Part shown: one piece after another, positions 46,485 through 55,805 of the stretch
Numbering within the stretch: the stretch's first letter is position 1
Layout of the letters: every line of letters begins with the position of its first letter
DNA from: an uncultured virus (IMG/VR IMGVR_UViG_3300011445_000001)
Taxonomy: Duplodnaviria > Heunggongvirae > Uroviricota > Caudoviricetes
Length of the DNA stretch: 64,000 nt
Strand: one strand, 5' to 3'
IMG/VR virus record: IMGVR_UViG_3300011445_000001
Program-made: the position numbers and the translations under genes
Notes under the pieces: model-generated
Databases searched by the model: none
The model's input: the letters and a program-made list of their open reading frames with translations, nothing else
What the model was told of the DNA's origin: nothing

Positions 46485-46879
46485 CGGAATAGCTCTCCCA
46501 ATTTCCGCTCAAGAATCCTCAGCACGAAGTCATTGTCGAATTCCTTGCTGAAGTAGCGGCTGGGCCGAATGCGTGTGCGATGACCCCTGCCTGTCAGACC
46601 ACCCAGATCCTGAATACGGGCGTAGGGCATGTTCGATTCTACGGTCAGGGTCGTAATTAAGCCCTTCTCGGTGACCGAGCTTTTGATCGAGCGACCAAGG
46701 CGCCCGGTTATTGGGCCGATCACCCGCCCCATGGCGTTGAAGGAGATGAGATCTTCGAGCTTGACCGCCGCCTCTTCCATCCCATCGAAGACGTACTTCT
46801 TGAAATTCTTCTGAATGTTGGCCAGCTGCGGGGGCGTGGTCTTGGGAACCTTGATCTGGAGGAACACTAGAACGTCCAC
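46481..46879 (-). CDS. HK97 gp10-like / virion morphogenesis protein
   Basis: TGRLGRSI...SNMPYARIQDLGG...RPSRYF. Confidence 0.7.
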   Translation of the reverse strand: MDVLVFLQIKVPKTTPPQLANIQKNFKKYVFDGMEEAAVKLEDLISFNAMGRVIGPITGRLGRSIKSSVTEKGLITTLTVESNMPYARIQDLGGLTGRGHRTRIRPSRYFSKEFDNDFVLRILERKLGELFR

Positions 46880-47352
46880 CCTAGAAATCCCGGCTGCGAT
46901 AGGAACGCTCCCACGTCGGGCATGAGGTCAAGGGGGCTGCCAAAATAGCGGTAGGGCTCGAGCATTTCTTTGATTTTGGCTGGCTCGGCGAGATTTAGTG
47001 ACCGCTGCTTGTCTCCATCGGCCCAAGAAGCGACCCCGATGTTCGAAGCCACAAGCATACGCCAGTCGACCAGCAGGTGGCATGCGTCCTTGATATCAAG
47101 AGGGAGTTCATCTACGTCCGCATAGGGGGCGTAGGAAATGCCCGGGTTGGGCGACATTGGCTCCGGGATTGTGCTATCTGGAAGGAGGGGGCGCTTGAGG
47201 TAGAGCTCAATCGCGCGCGAGGCGCGGTTAATGAAGAACTCAAAGCGGGCGCATTCCGCTACTGAAAGTTCCCGCGTGATTCCCTTGTATAGCGCATGTT
47301 CTTCGGCGGTGACAAGGGCTATAGGCGTTAGGTCCGAACCTGAACAGGCCAC
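46867..47352 (-). CDS. head-tail adaptor (gp6/gp15-like)
   Basis: ASRAIELYLKR...LPLDIKDAC...MLEPYR. Confidence 0.7.
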   Translation of the reverse strand: MACSGSDLTPIALVTAEEHALYKGITRELSVAECARFEFFINRASRAIELYLKRPLLPDSTIPEPMSPNPGISYAPYADVDELPLDIKDACHLLVDWRMLVASNIGVASWADGDKQRSLNLAEPAKIKEMLEPYRYFGSPLDLMPDVGAFLSQPGFLGWTF

Positions 47353-47393
47353 CGTCGTTGCTCCAGTTGAAAGGTTAGATAAGATACGCGACA

Positions 47394-47411
47394 GGGGGCC
47401 ATTCGGCCCCC
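47394..47411 (-). terminator. hairpin after the capsid gene
   Basis: GGGGGCC-ATTC-GGCCCCC. Confidence 0.55.
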
Positions 47412-47435
47412 TTCATTATCGCGTTACTGGAGCTA

Positions 47436-48320
47436 CTACACGACCTCGGTGACGAGGCGGTAGGCCGCACGCTTGGAGCCGTACACCAGCTGCGAGCGCA
47501 GCACTACGTCCCACACCTCGGACAGATTTCCGGCGGTCTGCTTCGGTCCATCGACCAAGAACAGGCCCCCGTCAGCCGACACCATCTCGCAACCTTCCGG
47601 CCCAATGTTGTAGAAATTGAAGGCCATGCGGTTGGAGGCGTCAGCGGTGATCTGATCCGCGTTGAAGAACAGCACGCCGTCGTTGTGGATGGTCGAGAAG
47701 CCGAAATCCTGCATCGCAAGAATCGCGGCCGTGTTTCCACCTGCAGCGGCGCGGAGTGCACGCTTGACGCAGTTGTAACCTGCGTCACCGGTGATGCAGA
47801 CGTTGTAACCCGACTTGGGCAGACTGGTCAGCACACCGTCAAGGACGTCCAGAATGTCCGCAGCCTCGCCACCCACCAGATCGGTCTGGAGGGGAGCATT
47901 GGCCACGAAGTCCTGAATGCCCCACATATCGAACGCCGTGCCGTCGCCTGACCCAACGATCTGGGCCACCGTGGTACGGTAGATCTGTGCCACCGCAGCC
48001 TCGCTCGAGCGGGCCGACTGGAAGCCATCTTCCGTCGCCTTGGAGCGGTAAGCCTGCGATGCGATCTGGCCGAGCCCGAGGGTGAACGTATCGTCCACCT
48101 GAGCGGCCACACCGGAGTTGGGAATGCCAGCGGACGTGCCGAGTGAAGCGGCCGTCGCACCGTCAGTCCAGTTGATGCGGAGTCCCGCAAGCGGAACCGG
48201 ACGCGGTACGCCCAGCGCCATCACGATCGGCGCCTGACCCATCAGAGCCTGACCGAGAGAGGGGTAAACGGTCAAACCCTCGATGGCGGCGTCCCACTGT
48301 GCCTTTGTAGGATAAGCCAT
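47436..48320 (-). CDS. major capsid protein (HK97 fold inferred)
   Basis: Follows scaffold; IVGSGDGTAF..GI and LDVLD patterns; terminator downstream. Confidence 0.7.
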   Translation of the reverse strand: MAYPTKAQWDAAIEGLTVYPSLGQALMGQAPIVMALGVPRPVPLAGLRINWTDGATAASLGTSAGIPNSGVAAQVDDTFTLGLGQIASQAYRSKATEDGFQSARSSEAAVAQIYRTTVAQIVGSGDGTAFDMWGIQDFVANAPLQTDLVGGEAADILDVLDGVLTSLPKSGYNVCITGDAGYNCVKRALRAAAGGNTAAILAMQDFGFSTIHNDGVLFFNADQITADASNRMAFNFYNIGPEGCEMVSADGGLFLVDGPKQTAGNLSEVWDVVLRSQLVYGSKRAAYRLVTEVV

Positions 48321-48442
48321 GTGAAACCTCTTGTGTTAAGTGCTTCGGGTTGATCGCTACTTGCTCCCGGCCGAATCTCCATTCGGGCCTAGCAAATGAA
48401 CGAAGTTAATTCTTGCCTTCCGGCAAACGCCAAATCTGAAAT

Positions 48443-49156
48443 CTACTTCGACGCCGCTACCGGCTTGGCCGGGAACAGGGCGTTGAACTGCTTCTCCTGC
48501 GGAGTCCGACCGGGCGTGCCCTCGGGGGCGTCGTCGGCCTTGGCCTGTACCTGCGCCCACGGATTCGCGGGCTTCGGCTTCTCGGCAGGAGGCGCCGGAG
48601 CGAGGGTATCCTTCCACTCGGCGGCGAATTCCTTGATGAAATTCTCGGCGGTATCCTCTGACAGGTTGGGGGCGGTCGAGATTGCCATCTTGACAATCTT
48701 CGGGGCGAAGCCCTTGCCAACCAGCGCTTCAGTCACCTTCGACACCACCCTGTCACGGACGATCGAACCCTCGAGGTTACTGTACTTGGTCTTCAAGTCG
48801 AGGATCTCCGCGTCACGCTTGGCGAGCAATTCGACAGCTCGCATGTCTTCCTCGGAAGCCAACTTCTCGGCCTCCTCATACTTTTCCAGCTTCTTCTGCA
48901 TCTCATCGATCTTGATCCGACGGGCCTTTGCTTCCGCATTGGCGGCGAGCTTGGCGTCCCGTTCCGCGTTCAGAGCATCGAGCATGTCCTTCTTGCTCTT
49001 GCTTTCCCATTCCTTGACACGTGCTTCATCGGCTGCCTTCTGATCGGCTGCCTTCTGTTCCTCTGCCTTCGCTTCGGCTGCTTTGGCCTCGGCGGATTGG
49101 GTTTCGGCTGCCTTTGCGTCGGCTGCCTTTTGCTCGGGAGTCTGTTCGTCGGCCAT
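48443..49156 (-). CDS. capsid scaffolding protein
   Basis: Charged coiled coil with Pro-rich C-terminus, between portal and capsid. Confidence 0.75.
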   Translation of the reverse strand: MADEQTPEQKAADAKAAETQSAEAKAAEAKAEEQKAADQKAADEARVKEWESKSKKDMLDALNAERDAKLAANAEAKARRIKIDEMQKKLEKYEEAEKLASEEDMRAVELLAKRDAEILDLKTKYSNLEGSIVRDRVVSKVTEALVGKGFAPKIVKMAISTAPNLSEDTAENFIKEFAAEWKDTLAPAPPAEKPKPANPWAQVQAKADDAPEGTPGRTPQEKQFNALFPAKPVAASK

Positions 49157-49194
49157 TATTTACTGCTTTCTGCCCATCCGGGCGATTCACGGTT

Positions 49195-49211
49195 AGTAGC
49201 ACCTTGTACAC
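49195..49211 (-). promoter_or_regulatory. GTGTA-type late promoter motif
   Basis: GTGTACAA-GGTGC-TACT upstream of scaffold/capsid. Confidence 0.65.
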
Positions 49212-49219
49212 ACTAGGAA

Positions 49220-50740
49220 TTAATATGCTTCCTCTGAGGAGGTATCTCTGGGGGGCTTGGGAGGACCGGGGGGCGGCGTTGGTGTTTCGTTCGGGGGCGT
49301 CTCATCCTCCGGGGTTTCCCCTTTGGCTTGGGGCTTGGCCGCGTCGTTGATCTTCTTGTTCTCGTCGATGCGCTCCTGCGCCGCTTCTACGGAGAGGTCG
49401 GGGTTCTCTCGGCGACCTATCTCAGCGGCCGTGATCAGGTTATTAGCCAGCATGAACTCGTAGTAGGCAATCTTCTCCGGGATTGAGGCAAAGACGTTCG
49501 TCTCGTCCGGGGCGAAGTCAATAGTTAGCTCGATACCCGGGGGTATCTGAACCGCACCCTCTTCCTTGTTGGCCTCTACCCAGATCAGCTCCCAGAGTTC
49601 CTGCTCAAAGGATGAGAGGATTGGGCGCCGGGACCGTACGAGATCAAGCAGCCCCGACTGAGAGTTCTGTAGGGATTCGGCCGTCTGGACCTGTGCACTG
49701 TTACCCTCGAAATTCTTGAGAGCATGGCCCCGCATCGAGAGCATGGTGCGGTAGATGTTTTGCAGAAGCTCGAATACCACCGCTGGCTCAGTTTGAGATG
49801 GGCCGACGTAGGAGATCTCCTTGGGTAGGGGCTTGCCTTCGTCGTCAAGCTGATTCTCGTAGTTGATCTGGCGACACCCCGACACGATCTTCTGGGCTAT
49901 AGAAGTAGCCTCAACGTGTGAGAACCCGCCCAGCACTAGGAACTCGAATAGGGAGGTCTGGGTGGTCATGACCGAGTGCGAGGCGAGCAGGGATCGCACC
50001 TTGCAGAACGACAGCAGGCCCCCGTCAACCGGGCCCCAAAATCGCTTCGAATCGGGCGTCAGGCGGAGGACAGCCCACGGAAGTCGGTCGTGTCCGTGTG
50101 GCTCGGTGATCACCTGCGGCTCCTGCTGCTTGACCTTGATGGTGGTCACCACATTCTCTTCATCCCACACCACTTCGACCGAAGCGACCTTGCCCTCGGG
50201 GGTCTTAGTCTTGTACTTGTATATCACCTTGGCGGCGATAGAGGGGCGCATCATGTCCACCTCTACATCAAGACCCCGGTATGACGGACACTCCTTGACC
50301 AGCTCCATTTTGCCGGTAAACTGGTTGTAGGTAGGTCGCACAAGCACGGTGCCCTCGTAGGCAGCCTGTCGCTCGTACTGGAGCATCCACATGTCGAAGT
50401 CCATCTCCTTGTAGATCTCCTCGATGCGCTCGAGCACCTCTTCGGACGGCTCCTCACCGTCGATGAGGAAGTAGCGAATGGGGGGTCGAATATAGGTCTT
50501 GCACTCGGCGTCGATGATCTTGCGGACAACCGACAGGTAGAGCGAGTAGATTGTCAGTCGCTCCTTGTTGACCAACGACCGGACCCGCTCGTCGATGTTG
50601 ACTTCATCAACCCCAACGCCCGAACCCCGGTACTCGATATCGAGCATCAGGGCGTCGCACGCTAGCTGGGATCGGGAGGGGTCTCGGGCTTCGAACTTTG
50701 CCGGATAGGGCATGCCCATAAAGCTAAACGGTTCGGCCAT
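49220..50740 (-). CDS. portal protein (SPP1-like)
   Basis: 506 aa after terminase; ENPDLS.E.A...I.EN C-terminus. Confidence 0.75.
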   Translation of the reverse strand: MAEPFSFMGMPYPAKFEARDPSRSQLACDALMLDIEYRGSGVGVDEVNIDERVRSLVNKERLTIYSLYLSVVRKIIDAECKTYIRPPIRYFLIDGEEPSEEVLERIEEIYKEMDFDMWMLQYERQAAYEGTVLVRPTYNQFTGKMELVKECPSYRGLDVEVDMMRPSIAAKVIYKYKTKTPEGKVASVEVVWDEENVVTTIKVKQQEPQVITEPHGHDRLPWAVLRLTPDSKRFWGPVDGGLLSFCKVRSLLASHSVMTTQTSLFEFLVLGGFSHVEATSIAQKIVSGCRQINYENQLDDEGKPLPKEISYVGPSQTEPAVVFELLQNIYRTMLSMRGHALKNFEGNSAQVQTAESLQNSQSGLLDLVRSRRPILSSFEQELWELIWVEANKEEGAVQIPPGIELTIDFAPDETNVFASIPEKIAYYEFMLANNLITAAEIGRRENPDLSVEAAQERIDENKKINDAAKPQAKGETPEDETPPNETPTPPPGPPKPPRDTSSEEAY

Positions 50741-50742
50741 CT

Positions 50743-50988
50743 CTACTTCCAGTGCAGCTTATCGAAGAAGGTTAGAATTAGCCCAGCAATTGTCACAATT
50801 CCGGCGCCTATCCACCGGATGGTCCGGGTCGTGGCATCCAAACGAATAAGGGACTTCTCACAGTCCTCTACCCGTTCGGTTAGCTTCTCCATGACCGGAG
50901 CGTGGGCGGCGAGGGCCTTTTCTGCGCCCTTAGAAGCCGCAAGCTCCACCCACAGCGGGATCTCGTGGTCGGACATGCTGTCGGACAT
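50743..50988 (-). CDS. small coiled-coil protein with C-terminal TM
   Basis: IRWIGAGIVTIAGLILTFF. Confidence 0.55.
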   Translation of the reverse strand: MSDSMSDHEIPLWVELAASKGAEKALAAHAPVMEKLTERVEDCEKSLIRLDATTRTIRWIGAGIVTIAGLILTFFDKLHWK

Positions 50989-51228
50989 CTACCTGCCCTT
51001 AAGCCAGTCCAGTACGGCCTCTGCCTTGAGCCGGACCCACAGCGCCACGGCGCGCACAGCATCGCGCACCTTGTCCCACTGGTCGAGTAAGAACCACTTC
51101 ACGCGGTCAAGCCACGTGGGCGGCAGGAAATAGACGTCGATCTCGGGATCGGGTAGGGGGGTTCTCTTCGCCGCGCGTTTGCGCGGGACTAGAGACCGGG
51201 TCTTCCTTGTGGATTTGCGCTTGGCCAT
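50989..51228 (-). CDS. small basic hypothetical protein
   Basis: MAKRKSTRK..., AGGAG SD. Confidence 0.5.
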   Translation of the reverse strand: MAKRKSTRKTRSLVPRKRAAKRTPLPDPEIDVYFLPPTWLDRVKWFLLDQWDKVRDAVRAVALWVRLKAEAVLDWLKGR

Positions 51229-51235
51229 GTTGCTC

Positions 51236-51379
51236 CTACTTGGGTTTGCGGACGTGCTTGAACATCTGCATCTGCCGTTCGCGTTCTTTGGCGTCGTCCT
51301 TGGTGGAATAAACCTTGGGGTAGAGATGGCCGGTAGACTTCGACCGGATTCTGTACCCACCCTTTGCTTTCTCGATCAT
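51236..51379 (-). CDS. small conserved-type phage protein (47 aa, not in ORF track)
   Basis: MIEKAKGGYRIRSKSTG...AKERERQMQMFKH; directly downstream of a GTGTA motif. Confidence 0.6.
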   Translation of the reverse strand: MIEKAKGGYRIRSKSTGHLYPKVYSTKDDAKERERQMQMFKHVRKPK

Positions 51380-51394
51380 TTCGGGCCTCGTGGG

Positions 51395-51411
51395 GATACG
51401 CCCTTGTACAC
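51395..51411 (-). promoter_or_regulatory. GTGTA-type late promoter motif
   Basis: GTGTACAA-GGGCG-TATC. Confidence 0.6.
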
Positions 51412-51415
51412 CCGG

Positions 51416-53098
51416 TTAGCCGAACGCTTGGTTAAACAAGGCAACCTCAGCGGCCGTGAGTACGTGTGGTTCCGCCTGTGCGCCCCGATTCTTGTAGATA
51501 AGCGAGGCTATGAGGGCATAGTTGTCTGCGTGGCGGTAATCGTCGCCGTGGGGGCCCTTGTTCCATCGGGGCCACCGGAACTCACCTTTGTCTACCATCA
51601 CCCGGACCGACGACAGGAGGTGGGATACAAACTCCCCATTGCAGATCTGGGTCACGAAAGTGGGCAGTGCTATACCCCCGTTGCGATAGGCCTGTGCGGT
51701 GAAGTCAAGAGACTCTTGTCGGTTGGCGATGATGCGGCCCCCGGGTTCGTGGTGGTACATGCGCTTATTGTCTTCCTTGCCGAGGTCGGTATACTTGCAG
51801 GTGAATACCCGATTGGGGTGGCGCTTACGCAAGGCTTGGGCGCCCTCACCCGCTAGCCAATCGCCGCCGCCTTCGTCGATCACGACTACTGCGGCATTGA
51901 ACACGGCCATGGCCTCCTCGAGGTCGGCCCACCGGCTGAACTTGCTGGCGTGGATCAGCTGGCGTTGACCATCTCGGATCTGCTCTATGGCCATATAACC
52001 GGGCTGGTCAACCCCAATGACGACGGGATACTCGAACCGGGTGCCCTTGGCTTGCTCTACCGTCGGGTAGTAGACGACCTTCGGAGTGGCGGCCTTCAGG
52101 ATGTCAGAGATTCCAATCTTGGCGGTGGCCTCGACGTAGGGCAGCCCGAGATCGAACCGGTAGAAGATCGCCAGCTTGTGGGGCGAGCCTTGGGCCTTGA
52201 TCCACCGGTCGAGCATCTCGTGGATGGTGCGTTCCTGTGGGGCGGCGAAGAGCTTGGGGATGTGGTACCCCGATGTCGTGCTCTCGGGGTTCTCGGCCAC
52301 CCACGTCCCTGCGCCTAACCTATCGAATGGGTCTCCACACTTGATGCAGACCGGCTGACCCGATGGGTGGTTCAGTACCCACTGGTCGTTCTCGAGGTGG
52401 ACGAAGTGGATGAGCCAGTCGAGCTCTTGGGGGTGGCCACATTGACAACGAACGTGCCATTTGTTGCGGGTCGTCTCTTCCTCGAAGATCTTGTGTAGCC
52501 CCATACCCGGGTGGGTTGGATTTCCAAGGCGAATTGTGTGCGGGTTGTCTGAGGCGCCTTGGCGGGTATAGGCGAGGTCGAGGTTACCACCGGCCAAGCA
52601 GAGGTCGTACTCGTCGATGAACACCACGTCGGTAGCGTTGACGAAGAAGGTCTTCTCGGTTGTTGCGCCGCCGAACATCCACCCGGTACCATAGATCGAC
52701 TTCAAGGCGGACGAGTCGGCTGCCTTCTTGGATTGCTGCATCTCTCCTACCGCCGACCGATACTCGGGTACCCGGGCGACAAGGCCGTCTAGGCGGTCAC
52801 GGATGAAGTAGCGCATCAGAGTCACGTCGGGCAGTAGGTAGATTCCGCGCAAACCTCGCTTAGCAAAGCTGAACATCGAGGCAAAGGCCAAGGTAGACAT
52901 GCCTATCTGCGATGCCTTCATCCAAACTTGATTGGGGTTGTTATCCTTGAGGATGTCGACCATCCACAGGCGGTTATCAAACTGAAGTGGTGCGTGTCGA
53001 GTGCTTAGGTGGTAGAAGTGAGCATAGAAGAGCTTGGGGTACTTCTCCCATAGCTCCGATGCGACCTGTGCGTCGTCGAGCACCTCCGGTTGCGACAT
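51416..53098 (-). CDS. terL: terminase large subunit (GpA-like ATPase)
   Basis: MKASQIGMST, VFIDEYD, GNPT, CQC/CIKC Zn motif, IGVDQ, DDYRHADNY. Confidence 0.88.
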   Translation of the reverse strand: MSQPEVLDDAQVASELWEKYPKLFYAHFYHLSTRHAPLQFDNRLWMVDILKDNNPNQVWMKASQIGMSTLAFASMFSFAKRGLRGIYLLPDVTLMRYFIRDRLDGLVARVPEYRSAVGEMQQSKKAADSSALKSIYGTGWMFGGATTEKTFFVNATDVVFIDEYDLCLAGGNLDLAYTRQGASDNPHTIRLGNPTHPGMGLHKIFEEETTRNKWHVRCQCGHPQELDWLIHFVHLENDQWVLNHPSGQPVCIKCGDPFDRLGAGTWVAENPESTTSGYHIPKLFAAPQERTIHEMLDRWIKAQGSPHKLAIFYRFDLGLPYVEATAKIGISDILKAATPKVVYYPTVEQAKGTRFEYPVVIGVDQPGYMAIEQIRDGQRQLIHASKFSRWADLEEAMAVFNAAVVVIDEGGGDWLAGEGAQALRKRHPNRVFTCKYTDLGKEDNKRMYHHEPGGRIIANRQESLDFTAQAYRNGGIALPTFVTQICNGEFVSHLLSSVRVMVDKGEFRWPRWNKGPHGDDYRHADNYALIASLIYKNRGAQAEPHVLTAAEVALFNQAFG

Positions 53099-53569
53099 CT
53101 AGTTCAAGAACCCGCGTGCGGCTTCGAGGCGTTCGGGCGTAGACTGGATGGTTAGGGTCCGAACCGAGCCGGACTGCTGGACGGCCGCATTGCGCTCCCG
53201 CTCGCTCATCATGTCGTGGATGGCCCGGAGTGCGTGAACCTTAAGGGCCGTCTTGATTGAGGGGGAAGTGGCAATTTCGCTAAGCTTCTTGACCCGCTGA
53301 AAGAGGCTGGCGAACTGGACCCGGTTCAAGATGTCTTCGGCCGCGCGCCTACGTTCCTCGAGAATACGGGCTGGCCATCCCTCGGGCCCGGTGTTCTTCA
53401 TGTAGAGGCCACAAGAGGTTCTGAAGGACTGGTATGAAACGGAAAGCGGAGGCTTACCTGAGTCCTCTGTCCACTGGGGCGAGGTTAGGTAACCGTAGAT
53501 GTCCTTCGGCCTTTCGAAGCTTGCTAAGGCCGTTATGATGTGGTCTATGTGGGCTTTTGTGAGTCGCAT
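53099..53569 (-). CDS. putative terminase small subunit
   Basis: Immediately upstream of terL; helical. Confidence 0.55.
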   Translation of the reverse strand: MRLTKAHIDHIITALASFERPKDIYGYLTSPQWTEDSGKPPLSVSYQSFRTSCGLYMKNTGPEGWPARILEERRRAAEDILNRVQFASLFQRVKKLSEIATSPSIKTALKVHALRAIHDMMSERERNAAVQQSGSVRTLTIQSTPERLEAARGFLN

Positions 53570-53592
53570 CGTGGTACCCCTCCGGGTTGTTC

Positions 53593-53609
53593 ACTAGCGA
53601 CTTGTACAC
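53593..53609 (-). promoter_or_regulatory. GTGTA-type late promoter motif
   Basis: GTGTACAA-GTCGC-TAGT at the head of the virion module. Confidence 0.6.
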
Positions 53610-53716
53610 GGCCCGGATGTGTGTCGGGGGCCTACGACGGTACTACGAAGGGCGGTTTAGGCGGTCTTGGGGGGCCCTGAACCGGGTCTGAAGCGGCTTT
53701 AGAGGGGCGTCAGGGG

Positions 53717-53836
53717 CTACTCTTTGCGTCTTGGGTGGCAGATGGGACAGTCGTCACCACAGCATGAGAAGACCCCGCCAAGCACAAGCGCAACTAAGAT
53801 TACGATGGCGGTGCAAATGGCCTGCGTGGCGCTCAT
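53717..53836 (-). CDS. 39-aa membrane peptide with Cys cluster (not in ORF track)
   Basis: MSATQAICTAIVILVALVLGGVFSCCGDDCPICHPRRKE. Confidence 0.4.
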   Translation of the reverse strand: MSATQAICTAIVILVALVLGGVFSCCGDDCPICHPRRKE

Positions 53837-53975
53837 GTCGTTCGATCACTTCTCGAAGGTCGGCTTGCCACAAGCTGGGCATCTAACGGGCGGATACTGA
53901 TCCAAGAAGGCGTCCCCGCATGCGGTCTGGTAGATGCCGTCGTTGTCTAGCTCCCATCGGCAACGGCTAAGTGAG

Positions 53976-54791
53976 TTATCGGCCACTGTAGTCGTACTGC
54001 GATCCTTCGTCCGAACCGGGAAAGCTGTCGGGGTGGGTCGGCACTTCCGCGAGATTGCCGACGTTTTGCCAGCCGGGTTCATAGGCGAATAGGCACTCGT
54101 TACATGCGGTCTCCTGCTTGTGGGCGACCGCGATGGTATCTCCGAACTGAACTACCGGCTTCCAGTTGGGGGGTGCGATGAACTCTGAGGCGGTGACGTG
54201 GTTGGCCTTGGTGAGATGTTCGGCAAAGGCCCAGTACGCTTGGCTGTCGAACTTGCCCTTGGGTCCGGGTGCTGAACGACCGGCATAGGGCGGATCGAGG
54301 TAGAAAGTGGCGCCCGTATAGTTCTCGTAGGTGAGGTAGTCGACACAGACGAGGGTGATTTGGTCACGGTGGGCCTTGAGGATGTCTACCTTCTTGGTCC
54401 ACATGCGCTTGAGCGAGGCGCTCATGTCGCCCTTCTTGCTACGAGCATAACCACCGAACCACGAAGCCGCGAAAGCCATTCCGAAGCCGACGTAGGCCGT
54501 CATTGGGTCGTTCGGGTCGCGTATGGCCTTGTATTGCTTGAAATCGGCCTCAGATACGGTGTCAGGAGGAACCCACCCGTCGAGTGACGCCATCCATGTC
54601 GTCATCAACGCCGGGTGGAGGTCGGATAGAACAATGCGGACGTCCTTGGGCAGTTGGGGGATCACCTTCATGGCGGCTCCCAAGGCGCCGCAGAACGGCT
54701 CAACGTAGAGCTTGCATTCGGGGTCCCAGTTGGCAATGATATAGTCGGCGATTCGGCCGCCCTGTCGCATCTTTCCGCCCAAATATCGCAT
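53976..54791 (-). CDS. D12-class (Dam-like) DNA N6-adenine methyltransferase
   Basis: MRYLGGK, YVEPFCG, LSD, YLDPPY, SE. Confidence 0.85.
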   Translation of the reverse strand: MRYLGGKMRQGGRIADYIIANWDPECKLYVEPFCGALGAAMKVIPQLPKDVRIVLSDLHPALMTTWMASLDGWVPPDTVSEADFKQYKAIRDPNDPMTAYVGFGMAFAASWFGGYARSKKGDMSASLKRMWTKKVDILKAHRDQITLVCVDYLTYENYTGATFYLDPPYAGRSAPGPKGKFDSQAYWAFAEHLTKANHVTASEFIAPPNWKPVVQFGDTIAVAHKQETACNECLFAYEPGWQNVGNLAEVPTHPDSFPGSDEGSQYDYSGR

Positions 54792-54962
54792 CTAGTACCT
54801 CGGGTCCCAACGCTTGAGGGCGTCGATGAAGGTGAGTTCAGGAACTACGGTTTTCGCGTACTTGCCGGTCGTCACGGCCGCACCAAGCCGAATTGCGGCG
54901 AAGTATACCACTCGACGGGGCAGCATGGCGGCAACGGTGGCCGCAAGCCAGTCTTTGATCAT
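54792..54962 (-). CDS. small hypothetical protein (56 aa, not in ORF track)
   Basis: MIKDWLA...LPRRVVYFAAIR...ALKRW; GAGGAG SD. Confidence 0.5.
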   Translation of the reverse strand: MIKDWLAATVAAMLPRRVVYFAAIRLGAAVTTGKYAKTVVPELTFIDALKRWDPRY

Positions 54963-55162
54963 GTCGTCTCCTCAACTTTGATGGTTACTAGGCGCGGCAT
55001 CAATTCGCCGCCATATCTGGTATAGTCGCGGCCACCGTCAACGAAGGACTTGCCGCACGGACAGTGGCGAAAATCGTGCCGATGCCTCGACCATACGATC
55101 TCATGGCACTCTCGGCAGATGATGCCGGTGAACTCGGTCGGGATCACAGACTGGTAGGCCAT
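54959..55162 (-). CDS. small Zn-binding conserved phage protein
   Basis: CREC...SRHRHDF..CPCG...VDGG.DY.R. Confidence 0.7.
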   Translation of the reverse strand: MAYQSVIPTEFTGIICRECHEIVWSRHRHDFRHCPCGKSFVDGGRDYTRYGGELMPRLVTIKVEETT

Positions 55163-55341
55163 GGCGAGACGCGCTTCGAATCGCGACCCTTCTTCTGGCG
55201 CTTCTGGAGGATCTTTATGGCCGCTTTAGCGTGCTTGACGACCGATCCGGGCAGGGCGTCGCGGTTGAGCTTGTCGAGGGCTATGATCTGTGATAGCAGG
55301 CGCAGGGCCCATGCCTCGTGATTGTGGCTAACGTGAGGCAT
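55144..55341 (-). CDS. hypothetical protein
   Basis: Packed ORF. Confidence 0.4.
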   Translation of the reverse strand: MPHVSHNHEAWALRLLSQIIALDKLNRDALPGSVVKHAKAAIKILQKRQKKGRDSKRVSPWPTSL

Positions 55342-55436
55342 TTAGGGCCTTCTTCCGATTCGGGCCTTGATTATGGGGGCGGCCACAGCGCACACCGCCA
55401 CTCCAGCGACTACGACTTCAGTGCAGACGAAGCACA

Positions 55437-55805
55437 TTAGCGGTTATCTCCATCACCATGAAGGGTGTCCTTCTTGGCGCGTTCGTCGAGCTTCTTGATG
55501 TTGGCGGCGGCGACGTCCGATAGCTTGGCGCCTATTTCGTCGCAAGTGGCCGAGAGATACCACAAGGCGTCTCCCAACTCCTTGAGAATGGCCTTGCGGT
55601 TCTCCTCGGTAATCTCCCCGCCTTGGTCGCGCGCGATCTTCTTGACCTTACCAGCAACCTCGCCAGCCTCGTTGGTTAGACCGAGGACCGTATACTCAAG
55701 AGCCCCAAGCGGATCGGCATGCTTACAGTGGCAGTAGTCGCAAAACCGATGGCGCGGGTAGATCTTGAACCGGCGGGCTTTCTGCTGGTAGTCGTTGAAA
55801 TTCAC
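55437..55805 (-). CDS. MazG-like NTP pyrophosphohydrolase
   Basis: MNFNDYQ, LGLTNEAGEV, KELGDALWY, NIKKL..R, GDGDNR. Confidence 0.88.
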   Translation of the reverse strand: MNFNDYQQKARRFKIYPRHRFCDYCHCKHADPLGALEYTVLGLTNEAGEVAGKVKKIARDQGGEITEENRKAILKELGDALWYLSATCDEIGAKLSDVAAANIKKLDERAKKDTLHGDGDNR

